Assembly: GCA_907165135.1 (NCBI GenBank)
Contig: OU015566.1
Location: forward strand, 7,564,001-7,628,000
Direction of reading: 5' to 3'
Length of the DNA stretch: 64,000 bases
DNA from: Oikopleura dioica
Lineage: Eukaryota; Animalia; Chordata
Positions 60,884 through 64,000 of the stretch are shown here, piece after piece (within the stretch, counting starts at the first letter, position 1; the number at the start of each line of letters is the position of its first letter). The notes below the pieces were generated by a model. That model made no database searches and was not told the DNA's origin. It saw nothing but the letters and a program-made list of their open reading frames with translations. Position numbers and translations under genes: made by a program.

Positions 60884-63641
60884 TTAAGTTTCTCGAGTGA
60901 GTGTAATCAGCCCGTGTCCATAAATAGGAGTAGGAAGGATGGCAATATTCGACCAAGTTGACGTCTTTGGATCGTACATTTCCACTGTTCGGTTTATGTA
61001 TTCATTTCCATGCAAACCTCCTGAATATTCATTGAAAAGATGAATTAAAATTTAGAAAAAACCTGCAACGTATATTTTTCCTTTATAAATCGTCGCAGCT
61101 CCGTGCACATGCCCTCCATTTGTGTCTTTTAGTCGCGACCACTGGTTCAGTTGCCTTTAAAAAACATCAAGTCGTGACAATATATAAATCTACTGACGTA
61201 TTGAAGGCATAAACGCGGCCAGCATGGCCGACTACATATATAATCCCAGCGTTGGATACTGCCGATGCTCCGCGCTCTGGCTCGGGCAAGTCCGGGCACG
61301 GGGTCCATTCTTCGCTCGACGGATCGAAGCTGAACACTTTTGATACTGGAACATCGCCCGTCGTAGCTCCTCCTGAAAGGGATATTAACTTTGGGACTTG
61401 ATAGCATAATAAATTATTGTTATTAATAATTAACCGATGATGAAAAGTTTGCCATCACAGCCAACGAGACAAGAAGATGAGATTGGAATTGGCAGTGAAA
61501 CAACATCTTCCCATTCATTCGCATCCGGGATCCATCGTTCAACCGAAGATAATCGGGTCTTATTATTAACCAGGCCTCCCGCAACATACTTAAGTATTGG
61601 TTAAATTTTGCTCTTCAGCCCTTTTCTTACCAAAAGTCCATCAACTTCCGCCGAGGCATGTAAGTAACGCGCCTGTTTCATCGGAGCCATTTGCTGCCAA
61701 AGATCAAGCGAGGGAATGAACGCATGGACTTCGTCACATGCGGAGTGTTGGCTTAATCCTCCGCTAGCGACGGCCAAGTTTTTGACCTTCGCGACGCAAT
61801 ACATAACGTGAGCTACATTTGGCGAAGAAAGCCGTTCTGGGCGAATGACAAAAGCGTCGCTATTGTTGTTAGAGGCAAGTGGGAGTTGTTTTGTGGGAGG
61901 ACGGAAGACGAAGCAGTCGGAGATTTGCTGCTTGTCTCGATTTAGCCCGCCGATAAGAGCGATTACCTCCTATAGATTCATTGAAAAGAATATCGGGAGA
62001 ATTTGATAAAAACCTTGCAATACGATCTTTTCGGTTTCTGACGCTTTTGAGTCCTCGTTGATTGCATCAGTGGCCGCTGATCAGCAAGCATGTGATAGCG
62101 AGTAGCTTCTTCAAGCAGCTGCTGGCATTCACTGAAAAATTAAATGAATAACGCAGGCATTAAAGGATATGCTGAGCGGGGATTTGGCGCGCCGCCAATA
62201 TTTATCTCGGAAGCTTGGCAAAGTGGCGAGCTCTTACAGTAATCAGGTGGTCTATTCGCCTCTTTCTGCTGATTTTATGCCTTTGGCGCGGCGCCAGATC
62301 ATCAGAACACTACGTGATTTAGCAGGTAATTTGTGAGGTGAGACTTTTTACAGTGAAACCCCTTTAAGTTCAAGGTTTAACCCTGAGTAAAACAACTTGA
62401 GCTATCGATAAAATAATTCCTAAATCCGTGATGCCAGCGAATGCGAAGAAGATCCTTTAAATTTTCAACGACTCACCTGCTTTGTTTAATAAGCGGCTCC
62501 TTTTGAACCACGTCCAGTAAAAACTGCGGCTTGGCAAGTGGCAATCTGACATGCTGCAGCAACCGGTAGAGAAGAGCGCCATCCACTCCGCGTTCTGGGT
62601 CGGCCTTTACCCATTTTATCGCGGCTTCGTAGACCTCTTCCTCGCTTTCAATACTGAGCAAATTACTGGAAATCAGATGCTCTACTTCTTTGACGGGCAG
62701 GGTTAGAAATTCCGGATCAGAGGTGATTTCGGTAAATCGTGAAAAGGCAAAAGCCCTTGCTTCGTCAAGAAGAACGGTGCTTGTTGCGCCACGGGAGCGC
62801 TTAAAAATGGTCACGTCTCTATCGTTATAAAACATTGTTGTTGAGTTTAAGCTTGCTAGTGGTCACATGCTCAGTTCAAATAGAACAATGGCTACTACCT
62901 TGAGCGTTTGCAGCACGATGGGTACGGTAAGTCTGAGCTTGAGAAAATTTTCAACAGCTTGCTGAGCTGATGCCAGCTCCAAACGCACCGCGGTCGAGAG
63001 TAATTCCTTTGCGCCTTCGGCCGTAATTGATAGCCTAGAAGTGTAAAGAAATCCAATTAGGTCGCGCACAGCTTGACCCGGGCAATCTGTCAAGTCCAGA
63101 CTCTTAATTTCCGGGCTTTCTTCAATTCGTCGTCGGAAAAAGGAAGAACTGGCGGAGAGAATTGCCTTGTGAGCTGGAATACTCGAACCATCGGGAGTTC
63201 GTAAATCAATGTCGGAAAGAAGCTCTCCGCCTTCAAGACCAGAGAGGATTTTAGAAGCGTTGCCAGCTTCGTAATGGACGATTTTGGAGGGCAACTCGGG
63301 CTGGATTGCCTCTGGGCTGAGTCTATCACTACTTGAACTAGCGCCATCTCTAGAATGATAACATAAATTCAAGGCAATTAATAGCTGTTCGGCAATTCTG
63401 GGGTGGGGCAGATTGGTTGATTTCTAAATGTGGGGTTCTTTGGGGACATTTTAGCCAATCAGAACCTATTATTCTGAGCCAATCATCATTGATCTTGCCC
63501 AATAAAACCCCACCAAACCCACAACAAATGCCTACCCCAGGTTAAAAGATAAACTGCTTACGTAATTATTTCATTTTCGCATGTTTCCGATTTGATACAG
63601 CGCACCGGGCTTGCCATTTTTCTCTTTCTAGCCTCTGGCAT
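60884..63641 (-). CDS. Kelch-like protein (BTB-BACK-Kelch)
   Basis: BTB (IPAHKAILSASSSFF), BACK (ESEEEVYEAAIKWV...LLQHVRLPL) and kelch repeats (VEMYDPKTSTWS). Confidence 0.92.
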
Positions 63642-64000
63642 TTTCATATCACAAATTTAGCCAGATCTCTCAAAAGCGCTTATCAAAGTTCTATTCCAAC
63701 ATGATCACGATCGGGGTCGAGTTGGCAATTGCTCTGTTGATTCCTCTGAACCAGGAGCTCTGAGAGAGAGCGGCTCGTGGGCAGGAGCGGCGCCTTTTCT
63801 GACTTGGCACTGGGCCAACTGCTGAGCCATCGTCCAACATTCAGAGTGCGACGGGCCAACTACCGCACGCTCCGCGCCAACCAAGACATCACCACTACCA
63901 GCTACCAACACCACACGCTCCCTTTTTTGCCGACGCCAGGAGAAAAAATAACGCGTGCAAAAACGAACGAACGAAAGAACGGACTACCACACAACGAGAG

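Noticed and set aside
62164-62456. Kolobok/T2-type MITE (TTAA-AGG ends) in the KLHL intron
   Set aside because: Only 9 bp of inverted match including TTAA, too weak without other copies.
63705-63914. 69-aa minus ORF upstream of KLHL
   Set aside because: No motif, and it could not be spliced convincingly to the KLHL start; may be 5' UTR or promoter.

Overview
Compact eukaryotic genomic DNA. It most resembles the appendicularian tunicate Oikopleura (inference): introns are mostly 35-60 bp, several candidate GA-AG introns occur, genes are tightly packed and co-oriented, and an AG sits just before many ATGs. The left half (1-32 kb) is repeat-rich. It holds non-autonomous DNA transposons with intact TIR/TSD (three hAT-like, one Mutator/foldback-like, one Tc1/mariner-like) and a ~3-kb near-perfect palindrome with Maverick/Polinton-type AGTAGT termini and a 6-bp TSD. 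Both palindrome arms carry an intronless ORF resembling a minimal penton protein. This half also contains a tandem cluster of four related chromodomain genes next to a divergent casein kinase 1, an SLC35D-type transporter, and ADCY9, one intron of which is exactly a transposon plus one TSD copy. The right half (32-64 kb) is housekeeping-dense: ASAP ArfGAP, a fungal/plant-type ADP/ATP carrier, a mostly plus-strand run (EDRF1, C19orf47, AKR, IQCC, RCC1-repeat, C12orf45, winged-helix-like, MIC10, acidic repeat protein) and a minus-strand run (KLHL, TYW1 with an intronic piggyBac-like MITE, HM13, CLYBL, SAP30, IDH3B). All protein identities come from recalled motifs, not database searches. Gene boundaries of spliced models are approximate.
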